Below are positions 37,525 through 50,007 of a DNA stretch of 64,000 nucleotides, piece by piece. Below the pieces are notes generated by a model, which saw only the letters and a program-made list of their open reading frames with translations, ran no database searches and was not told the origin of the DNA. Positions within the stretch are counted from its first letter, which is position 1, and every line of letters starts with the position of its first letter. The stretch is from Vermamoeba vermiformis (lineage: Eukaryota): NCBI GenBank assembly GCA_045837725.1, contig JBEWZL010000123.1:1-64000 (forward strand). Direction: 5' to 3'. A program made the position numbers and the translations under genes.

Positions 37525-38845
37525 TTATGTGCACTTGGTCCAATCGAGAGTAATATTAGCGAGTCCTATTGCTGCTACGATGGTTCCGAGAGCTAAATTT
37601 GGTACATCCGGCGCATCCATTTTGCTTTTCTTCAGCAACACTCCAGCAGCCAATCCAGCAATAAATTTATCACCAGCACCTACTCCAGCTGTTTCTACAT
37701 GAAGCGCAGGACTATATTGAACCAAGTAACTGCTCTTCCAATGGTATTGCTGAGTCGCATCCAACAAAAACTTGGTTAACTTGTTGTAATCCTCTGCTGA
37801 TATATCGCTTCTATTTTGGCTTATTAGATCTTTTAATTCCATTCGGCTGATAGAATTGATTGCTGTTTCTAATCCAGGCCAAGTTGATACGTTTATTGTT
37901 GTACTCGAATCCGCTGATAATTTTTGCAAAGACAATGATCCGCGACTGCCTAATGTCAATACAACCCATCGTGCACCATTAGTAGCGAATAGCAATCGTT
38001 CTAACGCAATCAGTTCTCGATCTGGATCCAAACTCTGCGTACTGGAATTATCGTCCATAAACAGCTTGATGTAATTCAAACTGGCGACTAAATATTGCGC
38101 CTGTTTTCTCAATTCTTCGAATTCTTCGCTGCGGGCTCGTTCGCAGTCCAGAATCAGCGGAATAATTGCTGTACGAGCACGGGACAACTCGGCTACTCTT
38201 AGCGCTGCTTTTGTAAAGCGTCCGTCGAGGTAAATAAGGTCTGTATTATCTAGCATAGCACTGTGTATAGTATTGTCGACATTTAGCTCGTTGGCAGGGT
38301 TATGAACAATTGTTCTGGTTCCATGAGCCACATCCGCTATTCTAAACAAAAGAAATATAAGCTATCGGTCCTTATAATACCTTAATATATTCCTTACACG
38401 AAACTGAATGCCGTGTTCATATTCTCATCAATAACAATATGTTGCGTGTCAATATTATTCTGCTGGCATAATTCAAGCACTTTTTTGCCGTGTGGATCCG
38501 CTCCAACTTTCGATATAATTCGCGTGTGTATTCCCATAGACGACAACATGGATAGGGCATTGTAGCAATTACCGCCACCTGTGCACTGAAATTAAAATCA
38601 GACTTGAGTTCAAAATGCTACTGAGGCCGATTATTTTGCTTTAAATATACCTCTAACGATTGACTACGCATTTTTTCATCGGGTTCGGGGTAATGATCGA
38701 CAGTGGCAATGTAATCTAACGGAAATAAATATTAGAATATTAGGTTCAGCATTTCAAATGCATAATTGAGTGGTATACTGTGCTTACCAATAATTGCCAA
38801 GCCTACACCAAGCACGTTATAATTTTTTAAATTAGTTTGCGCCAT
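37525..38845 (-). CDS. PfkB/ribokinase-family carbohydrate kinase
   Basis: VLGVGLAIID, GGNCYNA, SKVGADPHG, TRTIV, LTLGSRGS, GAGDKFIAG; 3' end uncertain. Confidence 0.8.
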
Positions 38846-39064
38846 TTGAAGAGATTTGACACTGTTTGCGTCTTGGTGCTAAATACGTTGTACTGATACG
38901 AATAAACTATGTCGCGCAATACACTGTATCTTTGATATTGTTTTGAATTGTGTTACGCCTGTGGTCACAACTAGGCTTTGGTTTTGAGTTTCAATTTCGA
39001 TTTTTTGTTGCGCGAATCAACACAAGCTCTTTTCAGCTCGTTATATTAAAATAGTAGCATAAAT

Positions 39065-40564
39065 ATGTCTCTTAAGGGCAAGACTCTTTTCATCACCGGT
39101 GCCACTCGTGGTATTGGTAAAGCAATCGCGATCAGGTAAATTATTGCAATTTTAAAATATCTTCTCGTGCTTTAATTATTTCAATTTGCGTATAATATTA
39201 GCGATAATAATTTAATCGATATGCACGCTAGACAATCGATAAAAGCCGCATCTGACTCAATTTGAAAAACTAAATTTCTGTTTAACAGAGCGGCACAAGA
39301 CGGCGCCAATATTGTAATTGCAGCTAAAACAGTGACCCCACACCCTTCATTAGAGGGCACTATTCACACTGCTGCTGAAGAAGTGCGAAAGGCTGGAGGA
39401 AAATGTCTCGCGTGTGTTTGTGACATCCGCAATGAGGATCAAATCAAAAAGGCTATCGATGAGACTATTAAGACATTCGGAGGTAAGATATTTATTAATT
39501 TTGCGTTATTTGTATTTTATGCGGAGGAAATTTGCCTTTCCCACCTCCGCGGATCGACGCATTAACCTTTAACACTCATCAAGAGAGAATTAATATCAAT
39601 GTTAATACTGATATCAGGCATCGATATCTTGGTGAACAACGCTAGCGCCATTAACTTGACCGGTACACTTGAAACTGACATGAAGAAGTTCGATCTGATG
39701 CACTCCATTAACCTTAGGTACGAGCAGCTAATATAAATATTTAACTATAACACTATATTTTAATGTGACGAATTAACGAGATCTCGTACTTGAATAATAT
39801 CATTAATTTTATCGCGCAGAGGCACGTACTTGGTGTCCAAGCTGTGTTTGCCTTATTTGTTAAAATCATCCAACCCGCACATCTTGAACATCTCCCCGCC
39901 ACTCACTATGCAGCCCAAATGGTTCCAACATCACGTCGCATATACTATGGCCAAGTAAGTGTCACGAACATGACACGTGTCAACTGCATCGCTAACTCCT
40001 CACCAACAGATACGGCATGTCAATGTGCGTGTTGGGCATGGCTGCTGAGTTCAAGTACGTAATTGATTGCCACAATAGCCGAAGAATATTGACATGTTGT
40101 TCAGGGACCAAGGTGTTGGTGTCAATGCTTTGTGGCCTCGCACGATGATCGCCACTGCTGCTGTGGTAAGTGTCACCGTAATATTACGATACTAGGCGAC
40201 GGCAGTAACGTGATGTGATAGAAATGGATGGGTGGTGATGCGATGATGAAAGCCAGTCGCAAGCCAGAAATCATGTCTGACGCGGCTTATTGGATCTTGA
40301 CTCAAAAGGGCTCGCAATGCACGGGCAACTTCTTCATCGACGAGGACTTGTTGCGCAACAAATGTGGCGTCAAGGACTTTGAGCCGTACGTTCTATACTA
40401 TAATCTATAATTTAAGGCGAGAAATATTTATTAACTAATTTGTAACTAGCTACGCAAATGTACCGGGTGAGAAGCTCGGCTTAGACTTCTTCTTGCCTGA
40501 TGAAGACGTGCAAGTGGACTTCACTAAGGATCAAACCATCTTTTCGAAGAAAGCAAAGCTTTAA
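39065..40564 (+). CDS. HSDL2: HSDL2-like short-chain dehydrogenase without SCP2 domain, with peroxisomal PTS1
   Basis: ITGATRGIG, IAAKT..PHP.LEGTIHTAAEE, LVNNASAI, NPHILNISPPL, YTMAKYGMS, NALWPRT; ends -AKL*. Confidence 0.88.
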
Positions 40565-40755
40565 ATAGCGGATCTCAATGTGCTCGTTTCATAAACCTCT
40601 AATTTTTGTTTTCCTGACTTCAACTCGTTATTGCATAGCCTCTTGATTGATTTATTGTGGTCATTACTTCTGGATCCGATTTCAGACATTGTCAGATTAC
40701 ATCTTAAAAAGGTTTTATTTACATTTCGCAGTTATATTTTGTGTTGTATTTACAA

Positions 40756-41268
40756 TTAATGAATTATATTAACAGGTTGTTCATCGTCTACATGATGATC
40801 TTCAAATTTTGTACAAATGTATTCGATCTGCTCGCCTTTACAAGTTATAAATTAGATCAGCCATATTTACCGCAGATCAACTAGTACTTACTTAACATGC
40901 GTTGTTTCTTAGTCACGCGACCATTTACAGTATCCTTACTCACATCTTCTTCAAACGGCTCGTTCTCGTTGTAAGTAGATTCGTATTTTCTTTTGCGAGG
41001 CTTAACTTGGATCACGACTACAAAGACGCTGAGTAAGGTATAGCGATGAAAAGTGGGTCTTATAGCACGTACCATTGTTATTATTATAATCCACATCGGA
41101 CATGGAATCATCTACGGATTAATAACGTTAATTTATTGCAAGATCCGACGGATGCGTTAATTAAGACTTACCGGATGAAGATGAATCGCTAGAATAGCTT
41201 TCAATGACCATTTTTGCTGAATGGATCTTCTTAAGAACCAATATTCTTAACGGCGTTTGGCGTCTCAT
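40756..41268 (-). CDS. Small hypothetical multi-exon protein with basic NLS-like motifs
   Basis: KPRKRK and KKQR; plausible splice sites. Confidence 0.3.
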
Positions 41269-41695
41269 AATTTTAAACTGAAATCTGAAAATTATAAAAA
41301 ATGCTTTAGTTTATATTATTAAGTTTCTGCTTAGTGTATGATATGCATAACATCGCTTATATTGATTTTATTAATAATTTAAATATTTTGAAAATGGTTT
41401 AAGAAAAGTCCGATGCGATCGGTTAATTTACGAACATTACCTGAATTTAAAATCTGTACATAAGTCTCCGGCCACTAATACTATTTTACAACTACTATTA
41501 TACAATACTATGCACCACTTTGTGTGGCTCACGAGACGAATTGTGGACAAAATGCGCAAAAGTGAAAAGCGCAATAAAATAGGAACAATTAACCACGTCA
41601 GCACAACAGAATTGATTGTAAATATCTATATTGTAATATATGTTAAGAGAATAGAGTATATTTGAACTCTGCAAACGAATTTAAGAAAAGTTGAA

Positions 41696-44130
41696 ATGAA
41701 TCCATTCACAGAACTTGAAGAAGAGCTCAGATGCTCGTTGTGTTTGGAACTATTTACTGAACCACGAACACTACCATGTGGACATACTTATTGCACGATG
41801 TGCTTGCAAGATGTTTGTAAGTTAGTCGATGTTGAAAAGATCTTGCATAATTGAAAAAAAATTTAATTCTCCACGGAAAGGAAAATATTTATTCCCTTCA
41901 AATATTAAATGAAATTATCGCGTATATAATTATTTACGAATTTTTATTGTGATAAATTAATATTAAATAATTATTTTGACAGATCGCAAGTCAAACTCGT
42001 CTAACTGGCTAAATTGCCCTTTATGTCGCGAAAAACATCCGATAGAAGGCATGGGCATATTGTCATTCCCTAAGAATTTCCACATAGCAAATATAGTCGA
42101 TAAAGTCAAATCACTAGCCTCTACAAATCAGATGCAGAATAACGCGATCCGACCTCCAACTCAGCCCTTAAGCAATTCAAATAATATAGCCCCACCTATG
42201 GACGATGTACATAATATGAGCATGCACGACGTTAATCCTTCAGCACCACCAATCATAGAAGAAGAATTTCATAATCACAACGTGCCACATCCACAACCCA
42301 TTCACGTACACCAGCCTTATTACCCTCCAAATACTCAGCCATATGTATATCCCTACCCTACTACATACCAATTCTCCCCGATTCAATCGACGAACACCAA
42401 CACGAATCCACATCCCGTTACACAAACTCAAGTGCTGCCTTACCCTGTCGAATATAGTGCTGCCGTTGATAGGAACACTGTTGATATGGAAAAGAAAAGA
42501 CAAATGGAATACGATGAACTATTAGCAACGAGTCTGCAGTTTGGCGATGATCAGGTACGTTTGATCTGAAAATTAAATTTCGCTTATTTAATGCTCATAA
42601 TTAATGCATATTATAGGCACCTCATAATGCTATGGATGCACCGAATATCAACAGCAATGCGCAACAACCATTAGAATTTCCAGTCGTTAATCCATTCGAC
42701 AAACCAGCCACGAGTCCTAAAAGCCCTAACAATGTACATAATACCACCAATAATACTATGAATACGAATAGAAGCAATAATAATAACAACAATAATGCAT
42801 ATCCTGGTGCTCATTCAACGAACAACATCAGACCTGTAAATAGCGCTGAATTCGTAAGTACTCGTACATTGCAGCATATTCATCAATGTCTTCCATAATA
42901 TAGTGACCTATTAATTATGTACCAAAGTTATATATTAATACTGTATTAACTAACGAATTCTTCGTGATCAGGTCTCCATTCGCTACGGTGATTTTATGAC
43001 GCAGTTGAGTGACGTGGCACCACTCATTTCTGAATGGGCGTACTCTATTTGGTTTGCACCTGCCAAGTACGTAATATACATGCATATAAGAGATTATAGC
43101 CCTATTACCTAAAATCACACTAACACCTCGGATCCAGCTTTGCGAAAGACATCCGATTAGGCCCCATTCAAGCAGCAGTCGCGCCGTATTATATCTTCGA
43201 TGTCAAATTAGAGTTGCGATTCACGGCTGAAGTGAATTATGTCGGCACACGTGACTGGCGACCAATCACAGGCCGTCGTCAGGGTCAATACGCCAAACTG
43301 CTCGCGAATGGCGTGGACTCGTCGTGCGTGCATCACAGACTCATTGTGCAAGGCGATGCGGAGTTTGATTTGTCCAAATTAGTGAGGATCCTTATTAAGT
43401 AATGTAATTTCGTGACACTAACTTTGATGCTAGGAAGTTGTGAGTGGTGTGGGAGGATGGCTCTGGAAAGGAATTAACAAGCTACTAGGTGCCGAGGTAT
43501 GTCTAGTTATAGCATAGATCGAATGATGCTCGCTGCTTGAGCGGATCTGTCACGTGTTCAAATTGACACTAGACCAATTGTTTGGATGTACTTTGAAAAT
43601 AGATTTCTATCCATAATTTAGGTATTTATTATCCCAATACTAATGTAATTTCTCTGCAGCAAGAAAAAAGAGACAAAAATCAACCGCCCAAGAACGCACT
43701 CGTGTTGGGTGCATTGCCGTACCAGACGTGTTGGCAGACAGTGATGGAGAACATTAAGACCAGTGAATTGACTAAAGTAGAGATCGATCTGCGTAACGAT
43801 AAGAATATCAGTGGTATTCGTAATGTAAGTTTAATAACTAATCGAATTTTCTTGCGAGTGGATCCGATCCAGATCTGACCTATTTTTGTCGTTTAGATTG
43901 AAGTCAAAATAGGCGAGACACAATTGACCAAGTCACTAGTGTACTTCCCAGTATATTTGACCTCGTACGCGTACCAAACACAAGTATATCTGGTCGTCGT
44001 CAATGGTCAAAATGGTCAAGTCTACGCTGATCGACCGCACAATGCAATGGGCAAAATGCTTGATTTGACCAAGTCAGGCATTGAATTCATCGCTAATTTA
44101 TTCCCTGGCAAGACAAACAAGAAGATCTAA
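41696..44130 (+). CDS. C3HC4 RING E3 ligase-like protein with UIM-like motif and a C-terminal domain resembling a bacterial family
   Basis: CSLC...[11 protein letters not shown]...[49 protein letters not shown]. Confidence 0.8.
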
Positions 44131-44191
44131 TGCGAGTAAGTGTAAATAAAATATTAATTTATTCCGACAAAAATGTATAGTTCAAAATAAG

Positions 44192-45441
44192 TTACAGAGA
44201 AAGAACCGCTGTTGTAAGCGCTAACAGTATCAGTTCTGTTAAGTGGAGTGTAAATGTATTTCCTGGTGATGATGCGAGGCCTTCGCGGTTGTCCGAAGAA
44301 CCGGTGATGTTCGACTGAGGTGGCAAATAATTTTTCAAACTAGATTTGCATCAGATTACTTTACGCTTTCAAATAATCATATAAAAATAAGCTTACGTCG
44401 TGATGAAGTCGACGTCTTCGTTCAAGCGCTTCAAAAGCTCCTGCTGAATTTCCTCCGAAGTCAGCTGGTACAAATACGGAGTAGCTATAGTAACCTTGAG
44501 CACATAACCATCTTCAAAGGTTTCGGATACCTAAAATTTCGCAGTAAAAAATGGTACCTTCGAAGGAACGTCCTTACCTCAACAGTTAATCGGGGTCCAG
44601 CCCCTAAGCTATCTTGCAAATAACGCTCCAGTTTTTCCAGTTGATCACTTGAGGGAACCGCACCAACGATGCGAATGAAAACAAATAACGGCTCTGAGGA
44701 AAATTTCAGCGTACAATATTAAGTGGACTTGCTAACCTATCGTTATCCAGCCTAGATGATATGTTAACTCGAGCATGCAAATACGAACATGATACTTACA
44801 GCGCACATCTATGCCGAAGGGACCATAATCGTCTCCGTCATAGTCGTAGAAGGTAGAAACCGCGTAGCAAGATACTTTTGGGGGTATATTCTCGATAACT
44901 GCGTTTGTTAGAAGCTATGTTGCGGCACAATCAATTACCTGTCGTAAAGGGAACAATTCCATAATTTAGCCACGTTACGAGACGTGCGCTGAAAGTCTGC
45001 AAGGTTCTGGGTTGCAGTGTTGCGTTGGCCAAGTAGCTAGCGTCGACAGTAACGTTGAAGGTCGCTTCCTCGTAATTTAACCCTAAAAGGAGGATAAAGA
45101 AAATGCGAATGAGACGTCCGTGTACTTACAAAATTCTTGATCTTCCAATTGAATCTGCCCAAAAGTTGATGGTAGAATAAAGTTAAATAATATTGCGGAA
45201 CCATTGGCTAAGGTAAAATTATTTCCAGTAAATCTGGCAGTCTGAAGTCCAACGTCGAACGCTGAAGAGATGCGCAAATCCGAAAAGTAAAGCACATCAT
45301 TGGTGCAGTTGAATGCTCCGTAGCCTGATATTGAGCAATCAGCGCGAACTCCTAAGAAAAGATTAGACAAAAGCGCGTTTCGGCTGAATTCGCACCGAGG
45401 CAGATGCAAGCCAGAAACAGAAGAACGTAGTAAGCTTTCAT
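44192..45441 (-). CDS. Secreted, probably GPI-anchored surface protein (multi-exon)
   Basis: Signal peptide MKAYYVLLFLACICLG; hydrophobic C-terminal tail ELILLALTTAVLSL*. Confidence 0.5.
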
Positions 45442-45717
45442 TGGACGCTGTCTCTTATCAAACGGAAAACAAATTAATTATGCAAGTAGAACAAAAACTC
45501 CGCCATTGAATCGAAGCAATATCAAAAAAAAAGAATATCATTTTGTGAACGAAAGTGATCTGACAAGCGTCGGCGTTTCGCCGCGTATTACAAAATATTG
45601 ATTCACTTTTTGTCTGGCTTTCTTTTTGATTCATTTGCATAATAGATAAGGGATCATAGTCGCTGTAGTCATAATCCTTCCCCACGAGCTTTTTTAGGTT
45701 GCGAATAGCTTCTTTTT

Positions 45718-46413
45718 TCAAAACAAATTGCCGTTTCTATACAAATACTCAGGGTAACTCGCTTTCTGTCCGTGATCAATGGCGTCAGCGATGAATTCTT
45801 TGAGTTCCCGTCTGACAGCCTTCAATTTCTCCAAGTTCGAGCCTTCAATTGAAATTGTGCGGAACAATCGAGGGCTGTTGCCGATCTGCAGCTTAGATTG
45901 CTCGACTTTTACACCGTCAATCGTGTCAATTCTTCTGGTTTTTACGACGATGATTGGCTGGATTTGGGCTCGATTTTCCAGAAGCTGTGTGACAGCAGGA
46001 TATGCGTGCAAATTATTTTCCTCTTGCAGTTTGTTTAAAGCACATTCGGTCAATTCTCCGATGTGGACATTCAGCTCGGCCAAAGTTAATTGACCGAAAT
46101 TAGTCGTAAGAGAAGAAGTAATTACTTTGCTCCAATCTTCATATTTTCCTGCATAATAATATAAGAATGAGTACGTCACGTTCAAGAAATCAGATTCGCT
46201 GTCAAGAATAGGACCTTTTTTATCAATTCGCAATTTGACCTCCAATTTTCTTTTTTGAGAATCAGCATTCCGAATTTTAACTCCGATAGTGTGGCCAATG
46301 TAGCGTAGAAAAACGTCAATCTGGAGCTTCTTTTTGGGCTTTCTCCGTTTGCTTTGTCGCCATAGTCCTTTTCCTTTATTTTGGTAACCAATGATTCTGC
46401 GCTCGTATGTCAT
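45718..46413 (-). CDS. Intronless CYTH/triphosphate-tunnel-like protein
   Basis: N-terminal TYERR; D.FL...GVKIR...LEVKLR; EDWSK; VVKTRR; EQSKL...RTISIEG, a pattern of CYTH-like beta strands. Confidence 0.5.
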   Translation of the reverse strand: MTYERRIIGYQNKGKGLWRQSKRRKPKKKLQIDVFLRYIGHTIGVKIRNADSQKRKLEVKLRIDKKGPILDSESDFLNVTYSFLYYYAGKYEDWSKVITSSLTTNFGQLTLAELNVHIGELTECALNKLQEENNLHAYPAVTQLLENRAQIQPIIVVKTRRIDTIDGVKVEQSKLQIGNSPRLFRTISIEGSNLEKLKAVRRELKEFIADAIDHGQKASYPEYLYRNGNLF

Positions 46414-46594
46414 TCTTCAACGTGTTAATACATAAGACGGAATTAAAAAATAATGCTTATTTAACTCAACAAGCTTTTTAACACGCCACCAAAAGAATCG
46501 GTCGCGAATTTTCAAAATAAAAATCAATTCTTCAAAAGAATACAACAGAAACTTACTATTATACAAGCTACGTAGCTACTACGATGGTGTGGTA

Positions 46595-48252
46595 CTAATA
46601 TACATTTGCCACAGTCACTGACGGCAGCTGAGTCGTGAGTGCTTTAAATCCTTTCTTCGTCGTCTCGACCACGCGCTGCAAATTCAACTGCTGCAGATTG
46701 ACGAGCACGCTCAGACACGCGAGACCCAAGTCAGTGACATTAGGACAGTTGATACTAAGCGACTTGATGTTCATCAGATGCGGTGCTAGTAACTTCAAGG
46801 CGTTGTTGTCGAAGTAGTTGTCGGTGATGGAGAGCCGCTGCAGATTGGTCAATTTGCTGAACTGACGCAAGTGCAGCTTGAACTCGTTGCGCGAACTGGT
46901 CTTGTAGTAAAAGTTGGACAGCGACAGCTCTTCTAAATGGACCAATGACGTGGCAATCAGCTTGATGTAATCGGTCAGCACGACCTCTTTGTTCAAGTAA
47001 TTGCCTGTCAATTTGACACTCTTCAGCGCTGACATGTCACGTGTCAACTGTTTGACACCGGCCTCGCTGATGTGCTCGCACAGACTCAGATCTAAATTGA
47101 CCAAATTTGTACATTTGCTCACGTGATGCATGGTCGCGTCGGTCGTGAAGGCTGGTAGTTTGAGAGTTGCCAAATTAGGAAATGTTGATATTAATTCAAG
47201 TTTCTTGGGCTTCATCGCGTTGCAAGAGCTGATGTCGAGTGCTGTCAGACACGTCAAATGCGTGACACTGTTCAGATCTTCGGCGTCGAGTGGCAGACTC
47301 AGTTCATGAATGCCGCTGACACGTGTCAAATAATTGACGGAAGTGCTGTCAATTTGCCCGCATTCGAGCAAGTGCAGACCTGTCAAATTTTGACACTTTG
47401 ACAGCGCAATCAAAGCCTGGCCCGTGACACCGTTGCAGTAGTTCAAATTGACTTGTAAAGTGACACTTGGTGGCACTTGGCGCACGAACCACATGAAAGA
47501 CTCGTCGGAGAGCTCATCGCGATTACTAAATATGGAAAAGTCGAGTACTATTTCTGGTGCTGCTTGGAGCAGTGACCTGGACCATGATTTGGAGACTAAT
47601 CCGAGTCTAATAATGTGTTAGTACGCATATTAATTACGAATAACAACGTACGTGAGAATTGTTCGGAGATCCAATCCGACAAAATGAAGGATCTTTTGTC
47701 GCACTTCAACTGGCATTGAAGAGAAGTGAAATTCGGGTTTAAACGACTATTAATATTTTAGAATATGGACCGACAATTGAGTGCTCGTACCTCTTTGATA
47801 AATTCAGCGAGCTGAGCAAATCTGGCGTTCAACAATTCAACTTCGAGAGATTGAACCTATATCGCGATATTAACACGTGCATATTATTATACGTCGATTT
47901 AGCATGCTTACATGCACAACTTTTTTCAAATAGTCGAGTTCTTGTACGACTTTCTTGTGATCAGAAAAAGAGACGTAATTTGACGGATCAAACCTATAAA
48001 AGTGGGCCATATAAATAAAAAATTGCTAGAATTTATCGCTATGATTATTGCATAATATTGCGGTAGAATTCCATACTTAAAATTTTCTTGGATCGGCTGA
48101 ACAACAGGCTGCAGAGGCTGCGGTGCTTGTCCCAAGGATAATTCGTAATTAGAAAATACTTGCAATAAGTCTCGTTGCAAATGCAGCTTTATTTTCAACT
48201 CCTCATTCTCGCGCTGCAGTCGTTCAATTTCACGCCTATTTTCCGAATTCAT
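46595..48252 (-). CDS. F-box/LRR (FBXL-like) protein
   Basis: F-box FSSMPVEVRQKILHFV...LVSKSW; cysteine-containing LRRs (NLVNLDLSLCEHISEAGV, CPNVTDLGL). Confidence 0.8.
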
Positions 48253-48568
48253 AACACGGTCGTTTATTTTTATAAATAATAAGGTAATATTAACCGTGTT
48301 CTATTGTTGGTGTGGTGTATTAAAGGACAAAATTAGTTGAATGACGGCGCGAAACTAAATTCTTCTCCTCGGCGACTGATAAACACCACAGGCAAGCTTA
48401 GTAACGCAGTACCACCAGCGTTCAAAAATAGCTACTGACGATCAATGAGCCTCACATTGAATTGAACAAGTGCCAGGTACTTGCCTTTTCTTGGCATTTC
48501 GCAGGTGCGATTTTATTATTTTCAACTTTGATATTAATTGTTTATTTACAGCAAAATACCGAATAAAA

Positions 48569-49960
48569 ATGAAAAGATCATTCGAAGAAATATTTATTGA
48601 CCCAAATGGCGACGAGGATCTGCACCAAAACAAAAAACAAAAAATAGATTTGACTGTGTTCCGTCACTTGCCTGCAGAAATACTCGTGCATCACCTAGTA
48701 CCCTGCATAGCACGCGATTGGTTGTATGTTTCACGAGAATGGAGCACAGTTGCGCGTATTAGTCTCACATCCGATCCGCGTGTCAAATTCACAACCGGCT
48801 CCTTGATGGCAGTGGTGGCTAATAACGATATTGTAGGCGTGAAAACACATTTTAAGTCGCTGCAAATGTCTGCAACAGATATGTGCGAGGCATTTATCTT
48901 TGCATGCAACCTCGGCTAGCACGAGATCGTGGATTTGCTCTTGACTCAGCCACAAGTAGATCCGCACTACGGCAGCGATGTAGCTATTAAAAACGCAGTA
49001 ATTAAGGGCGACTATCAACTTCTGAAGCGATTGGTCAAAGGCAAACACGTGGATCAGAACAGCTTTCCGGCAGTGATGCTCGCGATCAAGAACGGACATT
49101 ACTACATCCTCAAATTACTGCTCAAAGACAAAAAAATTGATCCCAGCACCAACAATAACGTAGCCATCATCAAGGCAGTCGCTTATAGCCAGTACAACAT
49201 GGTCAAACTGTTGTTGAAAGATCCACGAGTGGATCCGAGCGCACAAAACAACATAGCCATATGCAAAGCTGCAAGAAGATCGTATCAAATTGCTAAATTA
49301 TTAGTGAAAGACCCACGCGTCGATCCATCGGCCAAGTCAAATGGGGCACTAAGAGCAGCGATTGATAATGGCCAGTACAAAATTGTCAAACTTTTGATGA
49401 AAGATCCGCGAGTGGATCCGAGCGACAATTCGCATCCTGAGTGCCCCCCGCCCATCGTTAGTGCAGTATTGAATGACAACTGGAGAATATTGAAGCTATT
49501 GCTGAAAGATCCGAGAAGTGATCCAACAGTCGCGAACAACCGGCTGATCCGTACTGCAGTGCGAATCAACGAGATGGACTTGGTGGAATTGCTCTTGCAA
49601 CACCCCAGCACTGACCCATTGGGCCATGACGGCATTGCCAGCGAGTACCAAGAACACAACAAGTACGCCACGAGCATTGACATTGCCGCGGCCAATGACA
49701 ACTTGCCAATGTTGCAGCTGTTGTTGGCTGATCCACGTGTCAATTTCCTTTTTTGGACAGGACATGCAATACAGCGGCTAGTCCAGCTCGGCTGTTTCGA
49801 AACCGCTCATGCACTGCTCAAAGACCCTCGTGTAGTTGTCTCCAAGGAGTTGTTTGAAAAGATCTCACTCGCTCTTCGACAGCAGGAAAAACGAGTGGAT
49901 CTGGCGCCGGAATTAGGTGCCTTTTTGGATCTGTTGCATTCGAAGCGAGATTCCCAATAA
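48569..49960 (+). CDS. Intronless F-box plus ankyrin-repeat (DPRVDPS-type) protein interrupted by an in-frame TAG
   Basis: FRHLPAEIL...VSREW; repeated KLLLKDPRVDPS; TAG at 48917-48919 within ACNLG*HEIVDLLL. Confidence 0.75.
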
Positions 49961-50007
49961 ATGTCCGTTAGGATGCTTTTGAAAAAACTGTTTACTATTT
50001 AACATGC

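Noticed and set aside
42760-42800. AAT/AAC microsatellite
   Set aside because: Ordinary poly-Asn coding tract.
45458-45721. ORF overlapping the CYTH-like stop, as in an operon
   Set aside because: Non-ATG start, no recognisable motifs, occupies the promoter region of the next gene.
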